DNA of 64,000 bases. Source: Acidobacteria bacterium RIFCSPLOWO2_12_FULL_66_21. Lineage in GTDB: Bacteria; Acidobacteriota; Vicinamibacteria; Vicinamibacterales; 2-12-FULL-66-21. This document shows, in pieces, positions 1 through 8,989 of the stretch. The notes beneath the pieces are model-generated. The model was not told where the DNA came from. It searched no databases and saw only the letters and a list, made by a program, of their open reading frames with translations. How positions within the stretch are numbered: the stretch's first letter is position 1; every line of letters begins with the position of its first letter. The stretch spans positions 48,743-112,742 of the forward strand of contig MELC01000038.1 in NCBI GenBank assembly GCA_001767455.1, read 5' to 3'. Both the position numbers and the translations under genes were made by a program.

Positions 1-50
1 TGACTTTGACTTTGACCTTGACTATCGACTATCGACTATCGACTGACTCA
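1..50. repeat. Simple heptamer repeats (GACTTTG)x3-(GACTATC)x3 at the window edge, upstream of infC
   Basis: Direct reading: gactttgactttgaccttgactatcgactatcgactatcgac. The same GACTATC motif recurs at 5226-5245, 34190-34226 and 45721-45745. Confidence 0.6.
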
Positions 51-63
51 ACTGGAGGTTCCT

Positions 64-657
64 ATCGCTTTTGACCGAAGCCCGCGGCGGGACGACCGCA
101 CCCGGGTGAACGAACGGATCAGGGTGCGCGAGGTCCGCGTCATCGACGACACCGGCCAGCAGTTGGGGATCATGCCCCCGCAGCAGGCTTTGACCATTGC
201 CCGGCAGAAGGGGCTCGACCTGGTGGAGATCGCCGCGACGGCGACGCCCCCGGTCTGCCGCATCATGGACTTCGGGCGCTACCAGTACCAGGAACAGAAG
301 CGCGCCCGCTCGGCCAAGAAGCACCAGAAGATCATCGAGGTCAAGGAGATCAAGTTCCGCCCGAAGGTGGACGAGCACGACTACCAGTTCAAGAAGAAGC
401 ACATCGAGCGCTTCCTGGCCGACGGCGACAAGGTGAAGGCGACGATCTTCTTCCGCGGGCGCGAGATGGCGCACCCGGAGATCGGGCGCCGCATTCTCGA
501 GCGGCTGATCGAGGACCTGACCGACGTGGCGATCCCGGAGACCTCGCCCCGGCAGGAGGGCAACCAGATGCACACGATCCTGTCGCAGAAGGCCGGCAAG
601 AAGCCTGCGACGACGAAGAAAGAGAGCGGGGAGAGCCGTCAGGCGACAGAGGACTAA
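64..657 (+). CDS. infC: Translation initiation factor IF-3
   Basis: Conserved IF-3 motifs ([46 protein letters not shown]). The track start is GTG at 106. An in-frame ATC at 64 lies 5 nt after GGAGG (54-58), which fits the non-AUG starts known for infC. Stop TAA 655-657. Confidence 0.85.
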   Translation: MAFDRSPRRDDRTRVNERIRVREVRVIDDTGQQLGIMPPQQALTIARQKGLDLVEIAATATPPVCRIMDFGRYQYQEQKRARSAKKHQKIIEVKEIKFRPKVDEHDYQFKKKHIERFLADGDKVKATIFFRGREMAHPEIGRRILERLIEDLTDVAIPETSPRQEGNQMHTILSQKAGKKPATTKKESGESRQATED

Positions 658-659
658 TC

Positions 660-854
660 ATGCCGAAGCTGAAGACACATCGTGGGGCCGCCAAGCGGTT
701 CAAGAAGACGGGCACGGGGAAGTTCATGCGGAGCAAGGCGTTCAAGCAGCACATCCTCACGAGCAAGACCCGCAGCCGCAAGCGCTCGCTGAAGGGGACC
801 GTCGTCGTCGCGGCCGCCGATCAGAAGTCGCTGCGAAGGATGCTGCCGAACTAG
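660..854 (+). CDS. rpmI: 50S ribosomal protein L35
   Basis: [21 protein letters not shown] is a typical L35 sequence. It starts 3 nt after the infC stop. Confidence 0.95.
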   Translation: MPKLKTHRGAAKRFKKTGTGKFMRSKAFKQHILTSKTRSRKRSLKGTVVVAAADQKSLRRMLPN

Positions 855-864
855 TTCCCAGTTC

Positions 865-910
865 CCAGTTTCCAGCTTCCAGCTGGACGCTGCTGGAAGC
901 TGGAAACTGG
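865..910 (+). repeat. Perfect 19-bp stem hairpin (CCAGTTTCCAGCTTCCAGC / GCTGGAAGCTGGAAACTGG, 8-nt loop) between rpmI and rplT
   Basis: The two arms are exact reverse complements built from CCAGYTT heptamer units. No U-tract follows. Confidence 0.8.
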
Positions 911-932
911 AAACTACAAGGATCAGAGAGAT

Positions 933-1370
933 ATGCCTCGAGTAAAACGCGGGAACGTCCGGCGCGCGAAGCGGAAGAAGCTGCTCGCACGTGCCAAGGG
1001 CTTCTATCAGACCAAGAGCAAGCTGTATCGCGCCGCGAAGGAGTCGGTCGACACCGCGCTGAAGTACGCCTTCGTCGGGCGGCGGAGGAAGAAGCGGGAC
1101 TTCCGCCGGCTGTGGGTGATGCGCATCAACGCGGCCGCGCGCGAGCACGGCCTCACCTACGGACAGCTCATCGCCGGGCTGAAGGCGGCGGGGAATCCCA
1201 TCGATCGCAAGACGCTGGCGGATCTTGCCGTGACCCAGCCGGCGGCCTTCGCGCGTCTCGCGAAGCTGGCAGGAGATGCGCGGCCCGCGCCGGCGAAGGC
1301 GCCTGCCCGCGCCGAGGCGAAGGCGGCACGGCCGAAGGCCAGAGCATCGGCGGCCGCCGCGCGCGCCTGA
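933..1370 (+). CDS. rplT: 50S ribosomal protein L20 with an Ala/Lys-rich C-terminal extension
   Basis: [37 protein letters not shown] is a typical L20 N-terminus. TGA 1368-1370 overlaps the pheS ATG (TGATG). Confidence 0.95.
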   Translation: MPRVKRGNVRRAKRKKLLARAKGFYQTKSKLYRAAKESVDTALKYAFVGRRRKKRDFRRLWVMRINAAAREHGLTYGQLIAGLKAAGNPIDRKTLADLAVTQPAAFARLAKLAGDARPAPAKAPARAEAKAARPKARASAAAARA

Positions 1371-2440
1371 TGCCCGACCCCTCGAGCCAGATCGACGCGC
1401 TCCGCGCGCAATTCGACCGCGATCTCGCCGGCGCGGCCGGCGAGCCGGCCGTCCGCGCGGTGCGCGATCGGTATCTGGCTCGCAAGGGGGGCTTGCTCAC
1501 CGCGCTCCTGAAGAACCTCGCGTCCGCTCCTCCCGAAGCGCGCCCGCTGCTCGGCCGGCTCGCCAACGACCTCAAGGGCTACATCACCACGCGACTCGCC
1601 GAGCGACTCGCCGAGGTCGCGGTGTCGCGCCGTCCTGCGGGTGCGGTGGACGTCACGCTGCCCGGCCGCGCGCCCTCCATCGGCCATCGGCATCCGCTGA
1701 CGCTGGTGCGCGAGGCCGTCGAGACGATCTTCGCGCGCATGGGCTTCCTCGTCATCGAGGGGCCGGAGCTCGAGGACGACTACCACAACTTCGAAGCGCT
1801 GAACATGCCCGCGGATCATCCCGCGCGCGACATGCAGGACACGCTGTACCTCGCGGCGCCCGTGCGGTCCGCCGCCGGGTCGCCGGCAACGCTCCTGCGC
1901 ACGCACACCTCGGGCATGCAGATTCGCTACCTGGAGACGCACCAGCCGCCCGTGCGGCTGATCGCGCCCGGCCGCGTGTACCGGCGTGACGACCTCGACC
2001 TGTCGCACACGCCGATGTTCACGCAGGTGGAAGGGCTCGTCGTCGGCGAGCGCGTGACGCTCGCGGATCTCAAGGGGACGCTGTTCGCGTTTCTCCACGA
2101 GCTGTTCGGCCAGGAGCGCGGCGTCCGTTTCCGTCCGAGCTTCTTCCCCTACACCGAGCCGAGCGCCGAAGTGGACATCACCTGCTCCGCGTGCGGCGGG
2201 CCCGGGAACCCGGCGACCGCAACGTGCGGGCTGTGCAAGCGGACGGGATGGCTGGAGATCCTCGGGAGCGGCATGGTCCACCCCGCGGTGTTCGAAGCGG
2301 TCGGCTACGACCCGGAGCGCTACACCGGCTTCGCGTTCGGCATGGGGATCGAGCGCGCCGCGATCCTGAAATGGGGCGTCGAAGACATTCGGCTGTTCTA
2401 CGAGAACGACCTGCGATTCCTGGAGCAGTTCCCGCTGTGA
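1370..2440 (+). CDS. pheS: Phenylalanine--tRNA ligase alpha subunit
   Basis: Class II aaRS motifs (FRPSFFPYTEPSAEVD, GMGIERAAIL). The true start is ATG 1370, which is M87 of track ORF 1112-2440; the upstream extension overlaps rplT. Confidence 0.95.
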   Translation: MPDPSSQIDALRAQFDRDLAGAAGEPAVRAVRDRYLARKGGLLTALLKNLASAPPEARPLLGRLANDLKGYITTRLAERLAEVAVSRRPAGAVDVTLPGRAPSIGHRHPLTLVREAVETIFARMGFLVIEGPELEDDYHNFEALNMPADHPARDMQDTLYLAAPVRSAAGSPATLLRTHTSGMQIRYLETHQPPVRLIAPGRVYRRDDLDLSHTPMFTQVEGLVVGERVTLADLKGTLFAFLHELFGQERGVRFRPSFFPYTEPSAEVDITCSACGGPGNPATATCGLCKRTGWLEILGSGMVHPAVFEAVGYDPERYTGFAFGMGIERAAILKWGVEDIRLFYENDLRFLEQFPL

Positions 2441-4488
2441 GGCTCGTCTATCCGTGGCTGTGCGATCTCGTGCGCGTCCCCGGCGATCCCGACTCGATTG
2501 CCGCCGAGATGGGACTGCGCGGCTTCGAGGTGGCGGGCGTCGAGCACGGCCGCCTGCCGGTGATCGATTTCGAGATCACCGCGAACCGTCCGGACTGCCT
2601 GAGCCACGTCGGCCTCGCGCGCGAAGCGGCGACGATTTGGGGCCTGCCGCTGCACATGCCGGAGCTTGCGCCTGCCAGCGACGACTCCCGAGCTGCGAGC
2701 CGCGAGCCGCGAGCCGCGGTACTCGAGGTCGATCTTCAAGATGCCGATGGCTGCCCGAGGTATGCAGCACAGGCCTTTGAAGTCACGATCGGCTCGTCAC
2801 CCGCGTGGCTGCGGGATCGCCTCGAGGCCGCCGGCCTCCGACCGATCAACAACATCGTCGACGTCACCAACTACGTGATGCTCGAGATCGGGCAGCCGAT
2901 GCACGCGTTCGACCTGGATCGACTCGCCGGGCAGCGGCTCGTTATCCGCCGCGCGCGCGCGGGCGAGCCTCTGCGCACGCTCGACGGCGTCGAGCGGACG
3001 CTTGACGCCGAAACGGTCGTCATCGCCGACGCGGAGCGTCCGTGCGCGATCGGCGGTGTCATGGGGGGACTCGACTCCGAGATCGGCGCGTCGACGACGA
3101 GGATCGCGCTCGAGAGCGCGTATTTCAAGCCGACGGCGATCCGGCGGACGAGCCGGCGGCTGGCGCTCAAGACCGAAGCGTCCGCGCGGTTCGAGCGCGG
3201 CGGAGACATCGAGGCGCCGCCGGCCGGCATCAGGCGGGCCGCCGCCCTGTTCGCGCAGATTGCGGCAGGCCGTCCGATCGGCGACGCCATCGACGTTTAC
3301 CCGGCGCCGCGCCCGCCGCTCGAGGTCAGGCTGCGCGCGTCACGGATCGAGCGGGTCCTCGGAGCGTCAATCGGGGCGGCCGACGTGCGGCGGATCCTGA
3401 CGGCGCTCGGCTTCATCGTCGCCGATGCGGCGGATGCCTGGCTCGTGAAGGTGCCGAGCTACCGCGTGGACGTCATGCGCGAGGACGATCTCGTCGAAGA
3501 AGTCGGCCGGCACTATGGTTTCGGACGGCTGCCCATGACGTTTCCGGTGCTCGACGCGCCGCAGGCTCCACCCGATCCGCGGGTCGCGCGCGATCGGACC
3601 GTCCGCCAGGTGTTGACGGCGGCCGGTTTCTCCGAATCGATGACCTTCGCCTTCATCGAACGCCAGGCTGCGCTCCCCTTCTGCGACGCCGGCGTGGAGC
3701 CGGCGGCGATCGCGAACCCGCTGTCCGAGAAATTCGCGGTCCTCCGCCCGTCGCTCATGCCCGGGCTGATCGACTCGTGCGCGCACAATCGGCGCCGCGG
3801 GCGCAAGGACGTCCGCCTGTTCGAGATCGGGAGCCGCTTCACGCCGTCAGGCGAAGGGCGCGCGATTGCGTTGGCGTGGTGCGGCGCCTCGAACGAGCCG
3901 CACTGGTCCGCGGCGGCCCGTCCCGTGGATTTCTTCGACGTGAAAGGCGCCGCCGAACTGCTGTGCGGCGCCTTCGGCCTCGTCGCGACGGAATGCGTCA
4001 CCGCGGAGCGGCCCTACCTGCTGCCTGGGCGCACCGCCCGGCTGCGTGCGGGAGCCGACTGGCTCGGTGAACTCGGTCAGCTTCTGCCGGCGCTCGCGGA
4101 ATCGCGCGGCTTCCCCGCCGACGAACCGATCTACGTCGCGGAGATCGACGCCGACCGGTTCGTCGCGGCTGGCGCGACCGACGCCCTGCGCGCCGCGACG
4201 CTGCCGCGTTTCCCGTCAATCGTGCGCGACGTCTCGATCGTCGTCGATGAAGCCTTGCCTGCCGCCGCGGTTCGTGGCACTATCCGTTCGGCGGCTCCGC
4301 CGACGCTCGCGTCGGTCGTCGAGTTCGATCGGTATCAAGGCAAAGGGGTTCCCGACGGGCGCGTGAGCCTGTCGCTTCGACTGACGTTCCGCGCGCCGGA
4401 CCGCACGCTGACCGACGACGAGGCGCAGTCGGCAACGGAGCATATCGTGGAGGCGCTCGGCCGCGAGCACGATGCGGAGCGCCGTTGA
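2437..4488 (+). CDS. pheT: Phenylalanine--tRNA ligase beta subunit, short form lacking the N-terminal tRNA-binding domain
   Basis: B3/B4, B5 and FDX-ACB-like regions are recognisable (ITANRPDCLSHVGLAREAA...). GTG start at 2437 overlaps the pheS stop (GTGA). 683 aa; the N-terminus goes from MRLVYPWL... straight into the B3/B4 region. Confidence 0.9.
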   Translation: MRLVYPWLCDLVRVPGDPDSIAAEMGLRGFEVAGVEHGRLPVIDFEITANRPDCLSHVGLAREAATIWGLPLHMPELAPASDDSRAASREPRAAVLEVDLQDADGCPRYAAQAFEVTIGSSPAWLRDRLEAAGLRPINNIVDVTNYVMLEIGQPMHAFDLDRLAGQRLVIRRARAGEPLRTLDGVERTLDAETVVIADAERPCAIGGVMGGLDSEIGASTTRIALESAYFKPTAIRRTSRRLALKTEASARFERGGDIEAPPAGIRRAAALFAQIAAGRPIGDAIDVYPAPRPPLEVRLRASRIERVLGASIGAADVRRILTALGFIVADAADAWLVKVPSYRVDVMREDDLVEEVGRHYGFGRLPMTFPVLDAPQAPPDPRVARDRTVRQVLTAAGFSESMTFAFIERQAALPFCDAGVEPAAIANPLSEKFAVLRPSLMPGLIDSCAHNRRRGRKDVRLFEIGSRFTPSGEGRAIALAWCGASNEPHWSAAARPVDFFDVKGAAELLCGAFGLVATECVTAERPYLLPGRTARLRAGADWLGELGQLLPALAESRGFPADEPIYVAEIDADRFVAAGATDALRAATLPRFPSIVRDVSIVVDEALPAAAVRGTIRSAAPPTLASVVEFDRYQGKGVPDGRVSLSLRLTFRAPDRTLTDDEAQSATEHIVEALGREHDAERR

Positions 4489-4490
4489 AA

Positions 4491-4557
4491 TGCCCAACGC
4501 CCAACGCCCAAGTTGGGGTTTGGGAGTTGGGAATTGGGAGTGGCGTTGAGCAAGGAG
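4491..4557. repeat. Imperfect hairpin of (CCCAACG)n / (GTTGGG)n repeats after pheT
   Basis: gcccaacgcccaacgcccaagttggggtttgggagttgggaattgggag. It overlaps the 5' end of the track ORF for the ZapB-like gene. Confidence 0.55.
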
Positions 4558-4565
4558 AGACGGCG

Positions 4566-4841
4566 TTGGCCAAAGCAGTAGCGGCTGTTGATGTGCAGCC
4601 GATCGACCGGCTCGAGGAGAAGGTGAAGCTGCTGGTCGCGATGATCGACCGGCTTCGCGCCGACAGCGCGAAGGCGTCGGAGGAGAACGCGAGGCTGGCA
4701 CGTGAGCTCGACGCGGTGCGCGCCCGTCTCGCCGAAGCGGAAGGCGCAGGCACGGAACTGACCACACTGCGCGAGGAGCGCGATCTGATCCGCTCCCGCG
4801 TCAGCGAAATGCTGCAACAAATCGAAAGTCTGAATCTGTAA
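4566..4841 (+). CDS. ZapB-like coiled-coil cell division protein
   Basis: Short all-helical, coiled-coil sequence (IDRLEEKVKLLVAMIDRLRADSAKASEENARLARELDAVRARLAEAEG) immediately upstream of zapA. Proposed TTG start at 4566, 7 nt after AAGGAGAG. The track start at 4485 lies inside the repeat hairpin. Confidence 0.55.
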   Translation: MAKAVAAVDVQPIDRLEEKVKLLVAMIDRLRADSAKASEENARLARELDAVRARLAEAEGAGTELTTLREERDLIRSRVSEMLQQIESLNL

Positions 4842-4843
4842 CT

Positions 4844-4893
4844 CTCGTGGCTCGTTACTCGTCGAGCCACGAGCTGCGAGCTGCGAGCCACGG
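4844..4893. repeat. Hairpin (CGTGGCTCG/CGAGCCACG stem) plus (GAGCTGC)n repeats between the zapB-like gene and zapA
   Basis: ctcgtggctcgttactcgtcgagccacgagctgcgagctgcgagccacgg. Member of the CGAGCYR heptamer family. Confidence 0.6.
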
Positions 4894-4899
4894 TACGAC

Positions 4900-5220
4900 A
4901 TGGATCATCCCTCGTCTCGGGTCGTGACCGTCGAGATCCACGGGCAGCAGTACCCGATCCGGAGCGGTCTGGATCCGGCCTATGTCGCCGAGCTGGCCGC
5001 GTACGTTGACGAGAAGATCCGCTTCGCCTCGCGGGAGACCCCCGCGGGCGACACCCTGAAGCTCGCCGTCCTGGCCGCGCTCAACATCGCCGACGAGTGC
5101 TTCCGCGCCCGCGACGATCAGCGGCGCCATGAGCGCGCGCTCGCCGATCGCGCGAAGGAGCTGGAGCGCATGCTCGACCTGGCGCTTGGCGCGACGCAGT
5201 CCGAGGCTGTCGCCCGTTGA
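4900..5220 (+). CDS. zapA: Cell division protein ZapA
   Basis: VTVEIHGQQYPIRSG...LAVLAALNIADECFRAR matches the ZapA fold signature. Confidence 0.85.
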   Translation: MDHPSSRVVTVEIHGQQYPIRSGLDPAYVAELAAYVDEKIRFASRETPAGDTLKLAVLAALNIADECFRARDDQRRHERALADRAKELERMLDLALGATQSEAVAR

Positions 5221-5299
5221 GTCAGTCGATCGTCGATAGTCACAGTCCCGCCCGAGCCAACGCCGCGCTCGACGCGGCGCTTCGGGTGCAGTAAGATCG

Positions 5300-5495
5300 T
5301 TCAGGAGTTTGAGTTCCCTGCTTTGCCCGTGATGGTTCGGAGGCTCGTTTGAGCCAACGTTTCACCCGAAGAGGATCGCGACGCCGTGCGGTGTGCATGC
5401 CTCTGTAAGAGGAAGCCTGAAGCGCGGCTTGTGCAGCGGTTCCACCTGCTTTAGCAGGTTCATCCGACCTCCCCACACGGCAAAGCGGGGCCTTT
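5300..5495 (+). ncRNA. Candidate 6S-like regulatory RNA in the zapA-rny gap
   Basis: 345-bp non-coding gap in a dense genome. A long-range closing helix pairs CCCUGCUUUGCC (5316-5327) with GGCAAAGCGGGG (5479-5490). There are internal hairpins at 5400-5412 and 5444-5459. zapA-ssrS synteny is widespread. Confidence 0.3.
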
Positions 5496-5565
5496 CCTTC
5501 TCTTTCTCCACTATCCCGTTAACGCTGATTCTCCGGCCTCGACGGCCGGTTCCGGGGACCCTGCC

Positions 5566-7143
5566 ATGGCGACGCCTATCAGTCTGGCCTCGGCGGCAAT
5601 CATCCTGGCAAGCGCCGCCATTGGCGGCATGCTCATCTGGGCCGCGGCCGCCCGGCGGCGTGAGGCGGCCGACACCATCGACAAGGCCCGGGCGGAAGCG
5701 GAACGCGCCCTGCGCCAGGCCGAGCGCGACGCCGAGACGTGCCGCAAGGAAGCGGCCCTCGAGGCGCGCGAACAGGCCCACCGGATTGCCGCCGACGCCG
5801 AACGGCAGGCGCGCGAGCGGCGACAGGAGATCGTCGGGCTCGAGCAGGCGCTCGCCGACAAGACCCGCGCGCTCGCCGACAGGCTTGCGGTGACCGACCG
5901 GATCGAGCAGGACCTGCGCGCGCGGGAGAAGACACTCGCCGCCCAGGAAAAGCAGACGGCCGCGCTCGTCGCGCGCACCGAGCAGCTTGCCGCTGACAGA
6001 CAGCGGGAGCTGCAGCGTGTCGCGGGCCTCAGCGCCGACGAAGCGCGCGATCTGCTGTTGAAGCAGATCGAAGGAGACGCCCGACGCGACGCCGCCAATC
6101 TCGTGAAGCGCCTCGAGACCGAGGCGCGCGAAACGGCCGCCATGCGCGCGCAGCAGATCATCGTCGACGCCATCCAGCGCAGCGCCGCCGAGCACGCCAT
6201 CGAGACGACCGTCTCGGTCGTCGACCTGCCGAGCGACGACCTGAAAGGGCGCATCATCGGCCGTGAGGGACGCAACATCCGCGCGCTCGAAACCGCCACG
6301 GGCGTCGAGCTCATCGTTGACGACACCCCCGGCGCCATCATCCTCTCGAGCTTCGATCCGTACCGCCGCGAAGTCGCGCGGCAGTCGATCGAGCGTCTGA
6401 TCGCCGACGGCCGCATTCACCCCGCGCGAATCGAGGAGATCGTCGAGAAGGTGAAGGGTGAGATGGAAGAGACCGTCCGCAAGGAGGGAGAGGCGGCGGC
6501 CTTCGAGCTCGGACTGTACGATCTTCATCCCGAGATCCTCGGCCTGATGGGACGCCTCAAGTTCCGGACGAGCTACGGCCAGAACGTGCTCAGCCACTCG
6601 CGCGAGGTCGCCTTCCTGGCGGGCATCATGGCCAGGGAGCTCGGTCTCAGCAGTCCGGTCGCCGCGCGCGCCGCCTTCCTGCACGACATCGGCAAGGCGA
6701 TCGATCGCGACCTGCAGGGCACGCACCTCGAGCTCGGTCTCGAGTTCCTCCGCAAACACGGCGAGAGCGAGCCGGTGCTGCAGGCCGTCGCCGCGCACCA
6801 CATGGACATCGACTGGCCGTCGCTCGAAGCGATGATCGTCCAGGCGGCCGATGCGATCTCGGCCGCCCGCCCGGGCGCCCGGCGCGACATCCTCGAGTCG
6901 TACGTGAAGCGGCTCGAGAAGCTCGAGGGCATCGCCGATTCGTTCGAGGGCGTCTCCAAGGCGTTCGCGCTCCAGGCCGGCCGCGAAATCCGGATCGTCG
7001 TCGAAAGCGAGCGCATATCCGACGAAGAAACCGTGTGGTTGTCCAAGGACATCGCCCGACGGATCGAGAACGAGCTCGAATACCCCGGTCAGATCAAGGT
7101 CACGGTCATCAGGGAGACGCGCGCCGTTGAATTCGCGCGGTGA
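5566..7143 (+). CDS. rny: Ribonuclease Y
   Basis: N-terminal TM segment, long coiled coil, KH domain (GRIIGREGRNIRALE) and HD domain (HSREVAFLAGIMA...HDIGKA). Confidence 0.95.
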   Translation: MATPISLASAAIILASAAIGGMLIWAAAARRREAADTIDKARAEAERALRQAERDAETCRKEAALEAREQAHRIAADAERQARERRQEIVGLEQALADKTRALADRLAVTDRIEQDLRAREKTLAAQEKQTAALVARTEQLAADRQRELQRVAGLSADEARDLLLKQIEGDARRDAANLVKRLETEARETAAMRAQQIIVDAIQRSAAEHAIETTVSVVDLPSDDLKGRIIGREGRNIRALETATGVELIVDDTPGAIILSSFDPYRREVARQSIERLIADGRIHPARIEEIVEKVKGEMEETVRKEGEAAAFELGLYDLHPEILGLMGRLKFRTSYGQNVLSHSREVAFLAGIMARELGLSSPVAARAAFLHDIGKAIDRDLQGTHLELGLEFLRKHGESEPVLQAVAAHHMDIDWPSLEAMIVQAADAISAARPGARRDILESYVKRLEKLEGIADSFEGVSKAFALQAGREIRIVVESERISDEETVWLSKDIARRIENELEYPGQIKVTVIRETRAVEFAR

Positions 7144-8164
7144 CGGACCGGACGGGGCCAGTCTCGTCGCTGGGCTGGGCGAGCGCGCCCTCATCGAGCG
7201 GATACGGCTGCGCCTGCCGCAGCCTCCTCCGTCGCTCGTCGTGGGCGTCGGCGACGATGCGGCCGTGGCGGCGGGCGATCGGGGCGCACTGCAGGTGCTG
7301 ACGACCGATGCCCTCGTCGAAGGCGTGCATTTCGACCGGCGGATCGCATCGCCGGCGGATGTCGGCTATCGCGCGCTCGCGGTCAACGTCAGCGATGTGG
7401 CCGCGATGGGCGGCACGTCGCGGTTTGCGCTGCTCTCCCTGATGCTGCCGGACGGAACCAGTGTGGCCGAGGTGGACGGTCTGCTCGATGGACTGCTCGA
7501 GCTGGCAGATGCGCTGCGTGTCACGCTTGCCGGGGGCAACATCACGCGGTCCCCGGGTCCCCTGGTCGTGGATGTCACCGTCCTCGGCAGTGTCAAACCG
7601 CGCAAGATCCTGGCGCGGAGCGGGGGACACGCGGGGGATTCGCTGTACGTCACCGGGGCGGTTGGTGCAGCCGCGGCGGGCCTCGGATGGCTGCGCCAGC
7701 ACGGCGGCGGTCGAGCTCCCGAAGATCCGGCGCTCGCGGAGTGTGTCGCGCGGTACCGCCGCCCCGAACCGCGGGCCCGCATCGGCGCAATGCTGGGGCG
7801 CACGAAAGCCGCGCAGGCCTGCATGGACACGAGCGACGGGCTCGCCGATGCGATCCGGCAGATCTGCGAAGCCAGCGGCACCGGAGCCACAATCGACGCC
7901 TCGGCGCTGCCCGTCCACCCGGGAGCCAGACGCTGGTTCGAAGGCCAGGGACAGGATCCCATCGCGGAAGGGATCGGCGCAAGCGACGATTACGAGCTGC
8001 TGTTCTCCGTATCGCGGCGCAGCCGTGGGCGGCTGCGGGGGATCATGCGCGAATCCCGCGGGATCCGCATCACTCGCATCGGAGAGCTGACGTCCGATCG
8101 CACGGTCAGGCAGACCGCCGCCGGCCGGGCGGAAACACTGCCGGCCGGATTTGCCCATTTTTGA
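7127..8164 (+). CDS. thiL: Thiamine-monophosphate kinase
   Basis: AIR-synthase-related fold with ThiL motifs (VGVGDDAAV, DALVEGVHF, AVNVSDVAAMGG). Overlaps the rny 3' end by 17 nt; exact start uncertain. Confidence 0.85.
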   Translation: MNSRGDGPDGASLVAGLGERALIERIRLRLPQPPPSLVVGVGDDAAVAAGDRGALQVLTTDALVEGVHFDRRIASPADVGYRALAVNVSDVAAMGGTSRFALLSLMLPDGTSVAEVDGLLDGLLELADALRVTLAGGNITRSPGPLVVDVTVLGSVKPRKILARSGGHAGDSLYVTGAVGAAAAGLGWLRQHGGGRAPEDPALAECVARYRRPEPRARIGAMLGRTKAAQACMDTSDGLADAIRQICEASGTGATIDASALPVHPGARRWFEGQGQDPIAEGIGASDDYELLFSVSRRSRGRLRGIMRESRGIRITRIGELTSDRTVRQTAAGRAETLPAGFAHF

Positions 8165-8170
8165 TGCTTC

Positions 8171-8671
8171 ATGCTGCTGCGATCCGCGCGCGTCCGCCGA
8201 TTCCTCGACCTTCTGCTGCACACCCACGACACGCCACAGCGGACGGCGGCCGCATATGGGCTCGGGGTGTTCTTCGGCTTTTCTCCGTTTCTTGGGGCCC
8301 ACACGATACTCGGCCTGCTGTTCGCGTTCACCTGCCGGTTGAACCGGGTCGCCGTGATGCTCGGTGTGTACTCGAATCTGCCGTGGATCCTCCCCGCCTA
8401 CTACACGTTGACGACGATTCTCGGTGCCACGCTGCTTGGCGTGGATGTCCCGCCGGGCCTCCGCCAGAATCTGACGGACGCCTTTCGCGACGCGTCCTGG
8501 GGGGAATTCAGGAGCCTCGCCCGCGCGCTGATGCCCCTGGCCTGGGCGTACGCGTTGGGGTCGATCGTCGGCGCGGTGATCCTTGGCGCCCTCGCGTATC
8601 GAATGGCCCTGGCCATGGTCATCGCCCACCGGAAGCATCCCATCCATCTGCCACATCTTCATGATAAATAG
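8171..8671 (+). CDS. DUF2062-family small membrane protein
   Basis: AAAYGLGVFFGFSPFLGAHTILGLLFAF... is the typical DUF2062 topology. Starts 7 nt after the thiL stop. Confidence 0.7.
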   Translation: MLLRSARVRRFLDLLLHTHDTPQRTAAAYGLGVFFGFSPFLGAHTILGLLFAFTCRLNRVAVMLGVYSNLPWILPAYYTLTTILGATLLGVDVPPGLRQNLTDAFRDASWGEFRSLARALMPLAWAYALGSIVGAVILGALAYRMALAMVIAHRKHPIHLPHLHDK

Positions 8672-8763
8672 GGAGATCCTGTCGCGCGCTGGACGGCAGC
8701 CCTAAAGGGCTGCGCTCGCGGGCGCGCTGGGGATGTTGGCCCGGCGGGCGGGTCGCGCGCGGA

Positions 8764-8935
8764 CTTTTCGGGTCCCTGTAGCGCAGCCCTTTAGGGCCGC
8801 CCAAACCTTTTCGGGTCTCTGCAGCGCAGCCCTTTAGGGCTGCCCAAACCTTTTCGGGTCCCTGTAGCGCAGCCCTTTAGGGCTGCCCAAACCTTTTCGG
8901 GTCCCTGTAGCGCAGCCCTTTAGGGCTGCCCAAAC
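8764..8935. repeat. Tandem array of four 43-bp units, each containing the palindrome GCAGCCCTTTAGGGCTGC
   Basis: Units at 8764-8806, 8807-8849, 8850-8892 and 8893-8935 (cttttcgggtccctgtagcgcagccctttagggctgcccaaac), with 2-3 substitutions in unit 2. A related palindrome CAGCCCTAAAGGGCTG lies at 8697-8712. Confidence 0.9.
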
Positions 8936-8989
8936 CGCGGTCGAGCGAGCTATAGTGGAGATACACCAGCTTGGGGGACAAGCTCAGCC

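Noticed and set aside
1112-1369. N-terminal extensions of track ORFs (pheS 1112, pheT 2191, OMP 16437, GT-C gene 20718, fusion protein 38879, cstA 38747, D-aminoacylase 58996, ahcY 55955)
   Set aside because: The extensions overlap upstream genes or lack homology. Conserved N-termini, signal peptides or RBS motifs support the internal start codons listed in the features.
5362-7194. 610-aa minus-strand ORF antisense to rny
   Set aside because: Arg/Ala/Gly-rich low-complexity translation of the opposite strand of a well-supported gene; a typical GC-driven artifact.
8764-8935. 43-bp repeat array as a possible CRISPR locus
   Set aside because: The units are directly adjacent with no unique spacers and there are no cas genes nearby. 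It is a tandem repeat.
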